Assembly: GCA_963514005.1 (NCBI GenBank)
Contig: OY740785.1
Coordinates: 20,708,001 to 20,772,000, forward strand
Source: Raja brachyura
Taxonomy: Eukaryota
Reading direction: 5' to 3'
Length of the DNA: 64,000 nucleotides
Each line of letters opens with the position of its first letter. Within the stretch, counting starts at the first letter, position 1. Under the pieces are notes generated by a model. It searched no databases and was not told where the DNA came from. It was given only the letters and a program-made list of their open reading frames with translations. A program made the translations under genes and the position numbers. This document shows, piece after piece, positions 1 through 11,769 of the stretch.

Positions 1-264
1 GGGTCACCTGTCCGATCCTAATGTTTATGGAGTCATCTGGTTAAAAGATTAATTAAGCCAACGAGAGAGAGAGAATGCAAGGCAAGGAACATGTTATGAC
101 TTCAAAATACAAGTCAGTCCTGTTGCTCAAACCTAAATGCAAATGGAGAATGAAGAAATTCCCAGCAAATCATGCAATGTGTATAAATTAAAAGAAAAAA
201 ACAATTTTAGAAATGGTTAACCTTACATGATAATGGATTCAGCCAGATGAATGAATATGTGAGT

Positions 265-396
265 GGTGTAGGAAAGAACTGCAGATGCTGGTTTAAATCG
301 AAGATAGACACAAAATGCTGGTGTAACTCAGCGGGATAGGCAGCATCTCTGGAGAGAAGGAATGGGTGCTGTTTCGGGTCGAGGTCCTTGAGACTA
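265..396 (-). mobile_element. Penelope terminal (pLTR) module, solo copy with degenerate hammerhead motif
   Basis: GTAGGAAAGAACTGCAGATGCTGG...GCAGCATCTCTGGAGAGAAGGAATGG...TTTCGGGTCGAG is the reverse complement of the tail following the GIY-YIG region at 46358-46490. Confidence 0.8.
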
Positions 397-399
397 TGT

Positions 400-1060
400 G
401 AGTGGAGTCTATTTAAAGAAGACATGGTGGTTGCTGGGTCTAGATGAGTTGTACATGGTGAAAAAATATAATTGGTACCCAGGGTGCAACATAACCAGTT
501 GGAAGATGAAGTGTTGTTCCTCAAGCTTACGTGGGGCTTCTTTGAGAAAGTCTAGGAGGCCACAATCGGTAATCAGAGGGAGTGAGATGGAAAATAGAAT
601 GTACATGCAGTTTGCAACTGAGTGAAGTCGTTCTGTAAAGCGATCACCTAATTTGTGTTTGGTTTCTTCAACATGGAGAAGACTGTTATATGAGCAGTGA
701 ATACAATGTAGTAGATTGGAAGAGGTACAAAAATTGCCGATTCCACTAAAGGAATAGTTTGGATTGCAGTAAGAAATGTTGCACTACCTGCACTTGCATA
801 GAAAAGTGCTATGAAAGATGTAGTGGAAAGGATGGAAGAGCAAATTTAGGAGTGACAAAGCCAGTTGACCCTTTGGGATCTTAAATGAGCATGGGATATT
901 GGGCCTAGTGCGAGAATCTCATTGAAAATGATGGAAATTACAAGGATGATCAATTGAATGTCACAGATGGTGGGATAGAAAGGATGCTCTGAAGGATTCC
1001 CTATCCCCGCTCAGTTGGGGAAGAAAAGGGCGTGAAAACAGACGTGTGGGAAATAGATGT
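400..1060 (-). mobile_element. Highly degraded Penelope-like element (GIY-YIG region)
   Basis: GTGTTGTTCCTCAAGCTTACGTGGGGCTTC and later blocks resemble 23150-23450 in the same orientation. Confidence 0.55.
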
Positions 1061-1069
1061 GGAAGAACA

Positions 1070-1650
1070 AATCTGTAAAAACAATAAGATTCTAGTACTG
1101 GGTGATTTTAACTTTCCTGATATTGACTGGGATTGCATTTGATTAAGGGGCCTATATTGGTTGGAATTTGGTAAACGTACACAGAAAGGGTTTTTAAAGC
1201 AGTATGTGGTGTCCTCCTACCAAGGAGGGAACTCGACTCAGACTTATTTTATGGAATGAGAATGGGCAACTGATGGAAGTGTCTGTGGAGAAACTCTTTA
1301 GTAACAGTCCATTATGTTTAAAGGTAACCATGGAAAAGGATAATGTTGGACCTGGAGGCATAGCCTTAAATTAGGGGAGGGCTGACTTCAATAGTGTGTG
1401 ACATGGTTTGTGAGCTGCCGCTAGAGCGAAAAGCGCCTGATAAGTGGGAAAAGTTTAAAAGCACGATAGTAAGAGTTCAGTGTTGGCGTGTCCATGTCAG
1501 GGGAAGAAGCAAAAATTGCAGGATTAGGGAATCTTGGTTAACAAAATAAATTGAGGATGTAATTAACACAATATCAGGTATAGGAAATTGTTATCAAATT
1601 AATCCTTTGAGGTTTATAGAGGGATATAATTATTGACCAGAAATTAAACT
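1070..1650 (+). mobile_element. CR1-clade LINE fragment, APE endonuclease region
   Basis: GGTGATTTTAACTTTCCTGATATTGACTGG encodes GDFNFPDIDW; many stops. Confidence 0.75.
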
Positions 1651-1659
1651 TGAGTAGTC

Positions 1660-2090
1660 ACTTGTTTGGGACTTCTAGAGCTCCAAAACCGCAGCGCCTG
1701 CGGTCTTACCATCTCGGAGCGGGCGATCCCTTTGCCAGGATCGGCCTTTGGTGTTCCAACCTGCGGGAGCTATGGACTCTTAATATCGTGGAGCACGCTG
1801 TCTCTGGTGAGAATCCAATTTCGGGAACTCCAAGCCGCAGGAGTTCTACCGCCCCGACGTGGAAGCTCGATCGCTGGCTGCGAATGGTTTGATTCCCCCG
1901 ACCGCAGAAGGAAAGAAGATAAGAGTTTAGTGCCTTCCATCACAGTGAGGACGTGGAGGAGCTGCTGTGGTGAATGTTTATGTCCATTTTTAATGTAGTT
2001 GTGTGTCTTGTTGGTTTTTTGTTATGACTATGGCAAACCAAATTCCTCGTATGTTGCAAAACAAACTTGGCTAATAAATTACAATTATGA
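1660..2090 (+). mobile_element. CpG-rich non-coding SINE-like retroposon, 5'-truncated copy
   Basis: Shares GGAGCGGGCGAT-CC-TTGCC and GTGCCTTCC blocks with 50360-51135 and 53700-54540; ends in AATAAA plus a short tail. Confidence 0.6.
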
Positions 2091-2109
2091 TCTACATAAT
2101 GTAGTTACA

Positions 2110-2660
2110 AGTGTAGGTCAAAGGCCAGGAATCATCAGTTGAATAACTTGCCTCCCCAAAACATTGTCCACCATCTACAAGGCTCACGTCAGGAGTATGA
2201 TGGAATACTCTCCACTTGCCTGGATGTATGCTGCCACAACAACACTCAAGAAGCCTGATATAATACAGGACATAGCAGCTTGCTTGATAAGCAACCCTTC
2301 CACAATGATTCACTCACACCACCACTGACTCACAGCAGCAGCAGTTTGTACCATCTACAGGATGCGGCCACTCGTCAAGATTCCTTGGATATCACCTTCC
2401 GGACTCTCGTTCTCTACCAGCTACCAGAACAGCAGGAGCATGAGAACTTCACCATCTGGAAATGGCTCTTCAAACCACGCACCATCCATACTTGGAAATA
2501 TATCGCCGTTCCTTCACCATCGCTGGGTCAAAGTCCTAGAACTCTTGCAGTGGTTCAAGAAAGCAACCCACCACCACCTTCTCAAATGTCATTGGGGATG
2601 GGCAATTAAATGCTGGCTCAGCCTGTAAAGTCCACATCTGCTAAATGTACTGAAAATATA
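2110..2660 (+). mobile_element. Old CR1-like LINE 3' end
   Basis: Encodes a YKAHVRSMMEYSPLAW-type C-terminal RT block; 3' end GGGATGGGCAATTAAATGCTGG recurs at about 18640 and 29240. Confidence 0.7.
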
Positions 2661-2664
2661 CAGG

Positions 2665-2790
2665 AGAGGTGATGCAGTGCAAGAGTTGCTGCCTTACAGT
2701 GCCAGAGACCCGGATTCGATCCTGACTACGGATATCTGTTCAGAGTTTGTATGTTCTCCCTGGGACCGCGTGGGGTTGTTCTTTGTGAAG
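2665..2790 (+). mobile_element. tRNA-derived SINE (HE1/V-SINE-like)
   Basis: B-box-like GGATTCGATCC followed by GAGTTTGTATGTTCTCCC core; homologous to 22702-22925. Confidence 0.7.
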
Positions 2791-3734
2791 CTTTAGTCTT
2801 CATTCTTCACGGGTGGATGTACTTGCCTCAGAATGGTGCATTGCAGATTCTGTATCTCAATTCCAGGTCAAGATTCCTGCTTTTGAGAGGAAAGTATGCA
2901 AGTAATCTATTTAGATTGGAGATTAAGAGGGGGGGGGAAAAGTAATTAATTGAACAGGAAATATGGTTTTGCAAGGTTATTGGTGAGAAGCTGGAATTCT
3001 GAATTGGATTTTTTCTGGGGGGGCGGGGGTAATCTCTTTGATAAGTGGTTGTTTATTTATTGATAGGAATTTTTTTTAATAGGGTGTATAAATCTTGAAT
3101 TTTCTACCTCTGGGTCAATGGAGGTTGAGAAAAGTGCGTTTTGTTTTCCAGTGTTAAGGGAATCAAGCAATTAACATGATCAGGAAGAAAAGACATCCTT
3201 TTTTATGGAAATGGGCTTACTTTGAGGGTGTGTTACAGAAATGTTGCTTGTCACGCTGCAGGCCAATATAGTGTTGCAGATGCACAGGCATATGTGGTGG
3301 AGTGGTTCCTCAACTGCAGAATCAATCATCTGTGATTATTATAGGGGTAGGTCATAGATTAAACATTGCAAGATGATTGGGTGTAGGCTAGAAGCCTAAG
3401 GTAGTACTCTACTCAGATGTTGCTGCAGCCACGAGCCTCTTCATCCTGGTTAGGACTTCAGCCAAACGGAGACTTTTTACACCCTGGTTGCATGATTACT
3501 TGGGCTCCTTGGAGCTACTCTTGGGCCAATTTTGTCTTTCACCTGCAATCCAATCTTGGGTAAGTAAAAATGCCAAGTATCTCTGTAATGCTAATACTGA
3601 GCTCTGCAAATAGATGCCACTTGATGGTACTGATGACAACAGCAATGTAATTGTGATTCCGAATAGTGAAGGGGCCAGTAATTAGACAGATTGGAATTAT
3701 CCAAGATTTCTAGTCTAAACTTGAACATTTTTTC

Positions 3735-4125
3735 CATGTCTGAAGGGTCCCAACCCGCCATGTTACCTATCCATGTCCTCCAGAGGTGCTGCCTGAGTTA
3801 CCTAGCACCGTTTTTTGTAAACTAGCATCTGCAGTTCTTTATATCTACATTCTGCTGCTCCTCTACAAAATCTTCTCAAGCTATGCCTATTTTGAAGAAG
3901 TTATTATCCTCTCTCTGGCCCTCTCTCACTGCTCCACCTGTAATTCCTCCTGCTTTCCCCCTGCTCTTTTGAGTTCTGACCCGAACGCAAGACTGAACGG
4001 GGGCCCCGACCTGAAACATCACCTATCCGTGTCCTCCAGAGATGCTGTCAGTTATGCTGAGTTACTCCAGCGCTTGGTGTCTTGTGTTTGGAAACCAGCA
4101 TCTGCAGTTCCTTGTGTCTACATTT
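3735..4125 (+). mobile_element. Two direct copies of the Penelope terminal module (3735-3850, 3990-4125)
   Basis: Each has CCTATCC-TGTCCTCCAGAG-TGCTG...AGCATCTGCAGTTC; hammerhead cores are mutated. Confidence 0.75.
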
Positions 4126-6359
4126 CACATTGTTGAGTCAGAGCCAGTGTTGCAGCTGCATAAGCACATGTGGTGCAGTTAGACTTGGAGCTCTGCAGTC
4201 TCACAGTTGTTCTGCCTATTAATGTTTCTTAATGTGTTGTCTGAATTATATTGGGTGAAGACTGGCTTCTGTGATGTTGGGGAGCCTACGGGTGGGAGGA
4301 GGGGGGACATTACACTGAAAACATCTGATTGAAGAGTCACGTAATGATTCTCTTTTGCCTTTGCTGTTGTCCTGTGTTCTGCAGCTGCTTTGGTGTTTCT
4401 ACTTTCCTGTGGGAAATTACTAGTACCCCTATTTCAGCATCTTTCTCTTTCACTCCATCTTCCCCCACTCGTTCCATCACCGTCTGGCCACAATACCCTC
4501 ACCATCTCTGTTGTTTGCCCCTGCCTCTTCCTTCCAGTTCTTCTGCCCCTCCCTCCTGCCCCCATCTCTTTGCTTATTTTATCATTTACCAACTAAGCTA
4601 TTGGCTGAGGTCTCATTGGTGTTTATACTGCAATAGTGTAATTTCTCTTACCATGAAAGGTTAATATTTTATCCAGCTGTTTTTATATAATGTTAGTGTT
4701 GATAATTTTTTCCTAGGTTTATTAAAAATTTAAGCTAGCAAACTGATTATTACATAATGTTTTGAGACAGTGGTCCAAGTTAATTTTGCCTGGAAGTATT
4801 TTGCTCATAAATATAACCTTTCGGGAGCCATGTTTTGGAGCTGGACCATGTGGAGAATCCAGTTGCTGTAAGTCTTAAACCTTTCATTTAGATGGTAACT
4901 GAAATCAGTCTTTTGAAAAACTGACTGAAATGGTTGTAAAAATTGTGTATCTTATAAGAGCAAATGACATTGTTTTTAAGCAGTGTCTATTTTTAGTAGG
5001 CTTCCGAGAGAAATTTTTTAATCTTTCACAGAATATGAATTGCTACTGCAGTCCTCGCACAAAGCTCTCAACATTTCATCAGTGCAAATGATAAATGTGA
5101 TGTGATACAGTTTAATGTAACGTTATGGACATCATCTCTTGTATTTTCTACTGGTCTGATTTTTAAATTGCACCGTATTTTCGAACGCCTTGCAGGAAAT
5201 GTTAGTGTGCAAATGTATACAATGCATCAAGCTCATTCGACTGCCTGAACAAGTAGATATGTAAACAGGAAGGATGCCATGCATTTGCTGCAGAAACAAA
5301 GAGCTTTGTGAGTTGCAGCTGCTAACGTTATGGTTGATTAATTCTTGGCATTACAGTGTGTGGTATTGATACGTTTGATGCGATGCATATGTTATCAATT
5401 TAAAGATTGTGTTTTAGAGTGGTCCTGAGTCATGTGCACACATATGCTGGTGGAAAAAATTAATTTGATTATGATTCTTAAAGTGGTGAGTTGTTGATCA
5501 CAGCTTGGGTGTTTGGGTGAAAGGTTTCCTCCTGAGAAACAAAAATGTAAAGGTTCGTCAGACTATAACGAAAGCGTGCGTCACTTGAGGCTGTCCGGTG
5601 TTCGTTACTTGTGTCTTGAAAGCAAGCTGACCTGGGATCATGGGAATGGGGTGTGGGGGCAGGGAAAGAATGGTGCGGTGTATCTTATCGTGCGACTTGG
5701 ACTTGTAGCTGTCTTCATAAATGCAAAAGGATTGACAGAATCCTGCTGATTAGACAAATTAATGGTGGAATTCTGCAGCACGAGAGGCAAGATTTGATTA
5801 CCCATTTTAAAATATTCGAGTGCTCCAGGCTATTCTGGATATTAACAGAATTAAAAAAGGCAATTTGATTTTTACTGAGGACAAAGCAATAGAATGATCG
5901 ATTTTTACACCTGTGAAAATGTTCGCATGCAAGTGAGAATTCAGGTCTCTACATGAACAGAATGTTAATTTTTTTTTTCAATGTAGAGAATATGCTGAAG
6001 ACCTGAAGATGGCTTCTGATAACTCTCCAGTTTGTTTTTGGGTATTTAAACTTTGTCAATATTCCATTTTCTATATCTGAACATTAATGGTAAATGTGTT
6101 CATGATTAAAAGAGTTTTTTTTTTTTATCGAAGTGTGGATAAGTACAAGATTCTTTGGATTTTAGCAGTGCAGGGAGCACACATTTCTGGAATTCGTTAA
6201 ACTTACAAACACCTTGTGGTCTGTGAAAATTAATCATGACCATGTCTGGACTGCCTAAAGCATCACATATGGGTATTCCTTTAATTGTTCTCACCGAATG
6301 GAGAGATATTGGACATAATTTTCATTAACAGTATCACCATCAAAATAATAATCATACAG

Positions 6360-6572
6360 TGTATAAGAAGGAACTACAGATACTGGTTCAAACCGAAGAT
6401 AGACACAAAAAGCTGGAGTAACTCAGCCGGACAGGCAGCATCTCTGGAGAGAAGGAATGGGGTGACTTTTCAGGATGAGACCCTTCTTCAGACGTCTCGA
6501 CCCGAATTGTCACCCATTCCTTCTCTCCAGAGATGCTGCCTGTCCCGCTGAGTTACTCCAGCTTTTTGTGCC
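6360..6572. mobile_element. Fold-back (inverted dimer) of the Penelope terminal module
   Basis: Left arm about 6404-6480 is the reverse complement of right arm about 6495-6570; flanked by TAATAATCATACAG (6346-6359) and TAATAGTCATACGG (6573-6586). Confidence 0.85.
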
Positions 6573-7510
6573 TAATAGTCATACGGCATGGAAATAGGCC
6601 CTTCAGCCTAACTTGTCCATGCCGACCAAGGTGCCCTATGTACACTCGTCACATCTGCTTGCATTTGGCCCATATCCCTCTAAACCTTTCCTATCTATGT
6701 ACCTGTCCAAATGTCTCTTAAATATTATAGTGCTTTCCTCAACGATGTCCTCTGGCAGTTCATCCCATATACCAACCACCCTCTGTGCGTTAGTGTTGCC
6801 TTTAAGGTTCCTATTACATTTTCCCCCTCTTTCCTTAAACCTATGTGTTCTGGTTATTGGTTCCCCTACTCCGGGTAAAATATTCTGTGCATTCACCCTA
6901 TCTATTCTCTTTATGATCTTATACATAAGATCACCCCTCATCCTCCTGCACTCCAAGAAATATAGTCCTAGCCTGCGCAACCTCTACCTATGGCTCAGGC
7001 CCTCAGGCCCTGGCAACAGTTGCATGTAATTCTGGTCGTCCTGCTACAGGAAAGATATGGGGGCTTTAGAGAGGGCGCAGAGGAGGTTTACCAGAATGCT
7101 GCCTGGATTAAAGGGTTTCAGTTGCAGAGAGACGTTGGATAGGCTTGAATTGTTTTCTCTGGGATGTTGGAGGTTGAGGGGAGAATTGATGGAATTTATA
7201 AAATTTATGAGAGGCATAGATACGGTAGACAGACAGAACCATTTTCCCTGGTGGAAATGTTCAACATGAGAGGGCATAGCTATGAGGGGGGAAGTTTTTT
7301 TTAATACAGAGAGAGATGGGGTCTGGAATGCATTGGCAGGGTGGTAATGGAGGCAGATACGATAGTGGCGTTTAAGATACTTTTGGGTGGGCACATGGGA
7401 GTGCAGGATGTGAATCATGTGCAGGCAGAAGAGATCAGTTTAACTTGGCATCATGTTGGCAGACATTGTGGGCCAAAGGGCCCATTCCCGTGCTATACAG
7501 TTCTATGTTA
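6573..7510. mobile_element. Two CR1 3' ends in opposite orientation (- 6573-7015, + 7015-7510)
   Basis: ORFs RLGLYFLECRRMRGDL and LERAQRRFTRMLPGL are typical CR1 ORF2 C-termini. Confidence 0.85.
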
Positions 7511-8373
7511 ACATCCTTAGAAATCTTCTCTGCACTCTTTCCAGCTCAACAACATCTTCCTAAAGCAGGGTGACCAAAATTGAACTTAATACTCTAAATA
7601 TGGCCTCACCAACATCTTGTACAACTGTAACATAACATCGCAATTTTTATACTCGATATCTTCTCCGGTAACTTCTCCGGTGAAAGGAGGAGATGCGGAC
7701 TCGTACCGCACACGTGCCGGACAGGTCAGTAGGCCACCCATTAGATACTGTGATTTTGTATAACTATACTTTCCCATATGTGTTATTAAAGTTCCGGCTA
7801 CTACATTGTTTAGCCACCATGTTTTTACATATCTATACTTTATTTTGCTTCAAGAAAAGATGTAGATTGGTTATTTCCTACTAACCAATTGTAGTGCTTG
7901 TTAGTGCTGGCTCCGCCTAAAATGCGATTGATATTACCAAGAGCTTGCCTACGCAATTCAGCCTGAGTAGCTGCTAGTTACTGTATTGTCCTGCAGACCG
8001 ATGCTGTAAGTGGACTTTAATAAACATGTGTTGTATCTTGATGTGTGTCTGACTCGACTCATTGCAACTGATGAAGGCCAATGTACCGAGAGCCCTCTTG
8101 ACCAGCCTGTCCACCTGTGATGCCACTTCACCCGTGCACGTATCTGCATTAAACTCCATTAGCTGTTCCACAGCCCACTTGCCCAACTGATCAAGATCTT
8201 ACTGCAATTTTTGGTGATCATCTTCGCAATCTACGATACCACCTGCTTTAGTGCCATCTGTAAACTTACTAACCATGCCTTCTACACTCCGATTCAAATT
8301 GTTGAAATAAACCACAAACAGCAATCAGTGCAGCACCGATCCCTGAGGCATACCACTGCTCACAATGCTCCAG

Positions 8374-8955
8374 CAGGGCTCAAAATTAGCGGTTGCCCGG
8401 GTGCCAATGACCACTCAAAGTGCCGCCGGGCAACCTAAACGCCCAGTCACTTTGCCCGGCTTCACACGCAAATACTGGTTTATACCGATAGACAGAAAAA
8501 AACTGGAGTAACTCCGCGGATCAGGCAGCATCTCTGGCGAATAGGAACGTGACATTTCGTGTCGGGGGCGGCTCTATTGGGGGGCAAAGATACTAGGAGC
8601 AGGGTGACGAAGGGTCGGAGCGAATGACGGGCTCCGAACAGCGGTAGCAGCGGCCACGACAGCGGCTCCCTCCCTCCCTCCTCCCGACCTCGGCGTGCAA
8701 GAGGGGTTGTTTTGAAAGCGCCATTGGTGGATTTGCAAGCTTGCAAATCCGTTAATTGCACTTTCAAAACAACCCCTATCGCACGCCGAGGCACGGGGAG
8801 AGGGAGAGTGCCACCTGAAGCAGCTGCACCAACGACCCCGCACCTTCCTGTCGGCTGGCGGAGGAGGGGAAGCGGTGGCGATGAGATCTTTGGCGGCGGC
8901 ACTTTGGCGTTGGACAGGGATGGCCAAGGCAGCAGGACGATGTTATCCGAGGAGC
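8374..8955 (+). mobile_element. Left part of a non-autonomous DNA transposon (CAGGGCTC end family)
   Basis: Starts CAGGGCTCAAAATTAGCGGTTGCCCGGG; colinear with the reverse complement of 28650-29219; same end type as 20835. Confidence 0.75.
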
Positions 8956-9112
8956 GCTGACAATGCCTTGCTGAAGTTCAAATAGACAACATCTATGGTT
9001 TTGGCCTCATCAATCTTTTCAGTTACTTCAAAAATTTAATCAGACTCGTAAGACACTATCTCCCACATACAAAACCATGTTGACTATCTGTAATCAGCCC
9101 TTCTCTATCCAA

Positions 9113-9117
<5 letters not shown>

Positions 9118-9144
<27 letters not shown>
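9118..9144. repeat. (TA)n microsatellite
   Basis: Direct observation. Confidence 0.95.
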
Positions 9145-9688
9145 CTTATCCCTCAGAATCCTCTCCAATAAATTGCCTACCACAGATGGTAGGCTCACTG
9201 GTCTTCTTCAATAGAGGCACCACATTAGCACCCTCCACCCTCCAGTGGACGTTAGTGAGGATTTTATTGCATAAAAGGCAGTGTTGATCTTTTCGGTCCA
9301 TTGGAGGTGTTCTGGTGCCACTCATAAGACAAAGTTCTGCAGGGGGCAACTAAATTCTGCATAATTGGCGATCTATTGCCTGCAGCTGCCCGCTATTACC
9401 AACAAGTGGCCGAGTTCTTTCATTTGTGCCAACATGCACGACGACTTGTGGCTGCTTACCCTCCCCTTTAAGAATGTCATGCAGCCACTTAGACATACTG
9501 AATCCTGGCCCCAAGGAAGCAACACCAGCTCTATTACTGCCACACAATCTCCTGTGGATCTGGCTGACATTATCCTTTGCCGCTGTGCCTCAGAGTGGGA
9601 CTTTGTGCCACAGCTCTGACTTCTACTGCTGCTCACCCTTGACAAGTCATCTGTCTCTCTCTCTCCCCCCCACCCCCAAACAGTATCC

Positions 9689-10738
9689 ATAAGGGTAGGT
9701 ATGTTACAATACTTACCTTCAGCAGAGCTGCAGTTCTGCAACTGGCCGTGTGCGCGACTTTGGCGCCTTTTGGGGGGGGGCGGGGGGCGGGATTAAAATG
9801 CCGTTTTCTCCTACCTGTCCGAGGTATAGTTTCTCGGGCTGCTAGCTGATGCTGAAAAATTGTTCCGACTTGTGTTCTCTGAAGTTTTTTTTTAAATCGC
9901 GGGACAATTTAATCGCTGGAGTAAAATACAAAAGCGACTTCTTACGCCGACAACGGGACGGATCTCATGTAGGGGACAAAACATAACGAAAGTCGTTTAT
10001 TTTACATATAAACTTGATTCTTCGGATGACTTTAATCAACATTTCATTGGCGAAAATGTGATTATGGCCCCATACGAACTGGCAGTGTTTTTCCTGCCGA
10101 TACGGGGTTCAAATTCACTGCAAACCGCAACGTTCCAATCGATTGCGTTGCACAAAAACCCACTCGCAAGATGATTAAAATGGCCTTTTACGGGAATTAA
10201 ACATTAAATTCCTTCAATTTGGCCTATAAATTCATGCCAATGAGATTTAACAATCATGTTATATTGTGAATTCTTGTGTGAATGTTATTTGGACACTTGG
10301 GCTATTTAAAAATGTTAATCTTTTCTTAAGAAATGGATAGATGTTTAGATCTAGTAATTGAATTTTGTAATTAGCTACAATTAGGTAACTAATTATATGC
10401 TTTAATTTCAGGTCATCCAAGTAAGATTGTTTCATATTTGTTTCAGAATGCCTCAATCTATAATAACTGAAAAATTATTTCAGTTCTCTTAATTTTTAAG
10501 AAAAATTATGGGCTATTGACTGTCCTCGATCACAGCTTTTGTGTTAAGTCAATGGAGAAGCAATAGCGAACAAGATGCTAATTTCCGAGTATGAAAATGG
10601 CCATAAATTTTTTTAAACTGAAGATATGAAAGTGAATTAGGTGTCAAATTAAACTTCTTTTTATGCTTTATCTGATGAGATAAATTGCAGACTTGATTTT
10701 TAAAATCTCAAAATGTTGTAACATTGCTAATAAGGGTA
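9689..10738. mobile_element. Unclassified non-coding insertion with terminal direct repeats and subterminal inverted repeats (Crypton-like or other DNA element)
   Basis: ATAAGGGTA at 9689-9697 and 10730-10738; ATGTTACAA (9701-9709) and TTGTAACAT (10716-10724); interrupts CR1 sequence. Confidence 0.5.
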
Positions 10739-11769
10739 TGCCTGAGTGGGAATGGGCATAGGGGACACCTGCGTTCTCTGTCTACTCCCTTTCTTATGAG
10801 TCGCCTACCTCCTCTCTTCATGTACCTTGGGCATGACCACCTCGCTATAACTCCTATCCATGAAGCTCTTGTTTTCCCTGCCAGGGACATCTCCACAGTT
10901 TCCTAATGGCCCATTCTTAGTCATGTGTGTGATCAAAAATAAGAACAATTGTGGAATACATCTCTTCTAATTCTGAAAGCATTACAGGCATATCGTTTTG
11001 TACTCCATATATTTATTTTTTTCGAAGTTCATCAAGTGAAATTTCTATGTTATGCTGACAATGTTTGTTTAGCATCAGAGGTCAAATATGACTGGTCATG
11101 TGTGACCTCACATGCAAGTATTTTTTTCATAACTCAGTTTTTTTACCTTACAAACTGTAAATTTTAAAATGCTATAATGTTCATATCTTTAGCCGACTTG
11201 CATTTAGTTCTGTCGATAGGAAAATAGCAATAATTATGATTAATCTCGTACAAGGAAATGAAGTGGTGTATTATTTTATGTGATGTGAAATTTAGTTCAC
11301 TTTCCAAAGAAAGGCCCCCATGCGGCCTGTAAGGATGTGCACCTGGACACACCGTAGACACAGGTGTAGTCATCAGGGACACCAATGGTTTCCCTGACTT
11401 CCCAAATCCAGAAGGAGGAACATTGCACCATTCTACCTGCCCTCCGAGCTGCACCAAATCCAAGAGGAAAAAAAGTGCAACAATTACACAGAAGAAACAG
11501 CACCTTTACCTGCTGTCCCCCTCAGCTCAGCCCCCTTGCCAAAGCCTCACACTTGCCCTCCACACAGCTGTTCCCAATATACTGCTCTGCCACACCATGT
11601 CTTTTTATTGCCTGCTCAATTGGCCAATTTTTGATCACTCAACCAATCTATCTGCTGCCTTTTGAAATCTTCTGCTGCTGCTCTGTCACTAAAGGATACT
11701 GACTCAACCAATCCAACTCCTGCTGTTATTGCAGGTGTTGGTACCTGTTCATTATAGTGATGGCTTTTG

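Larger units (their letters stand above)
7510..9688 (-). mobile_element. Fragmented CR1 LINE (ORF2 pieces and ORF1 esterase) interrupted by insertions
   Basis: LQLYKMLVRPYLEY; KWAVEQLMEFNADTC; ORF1-like ILKGEGKQPQVVVHVGTN (SGNH esterase block) at about 9420-9480. Confidence 0.8.

Noticed and set aside
3429-3565. Possible exon ending at a strong GTAAGT donor (3560)
   Set aside because: Weak acceptor, unrecognised peptides, two frames open; insufficient support
5070-5100. miR-130-like or iron-responsive-element-like CAGTGCAAATGAT hairpin
   Set aside because: Does not match the mature miRNA, no pre-miRNA-length stem, and the IRE upper stem does not pair
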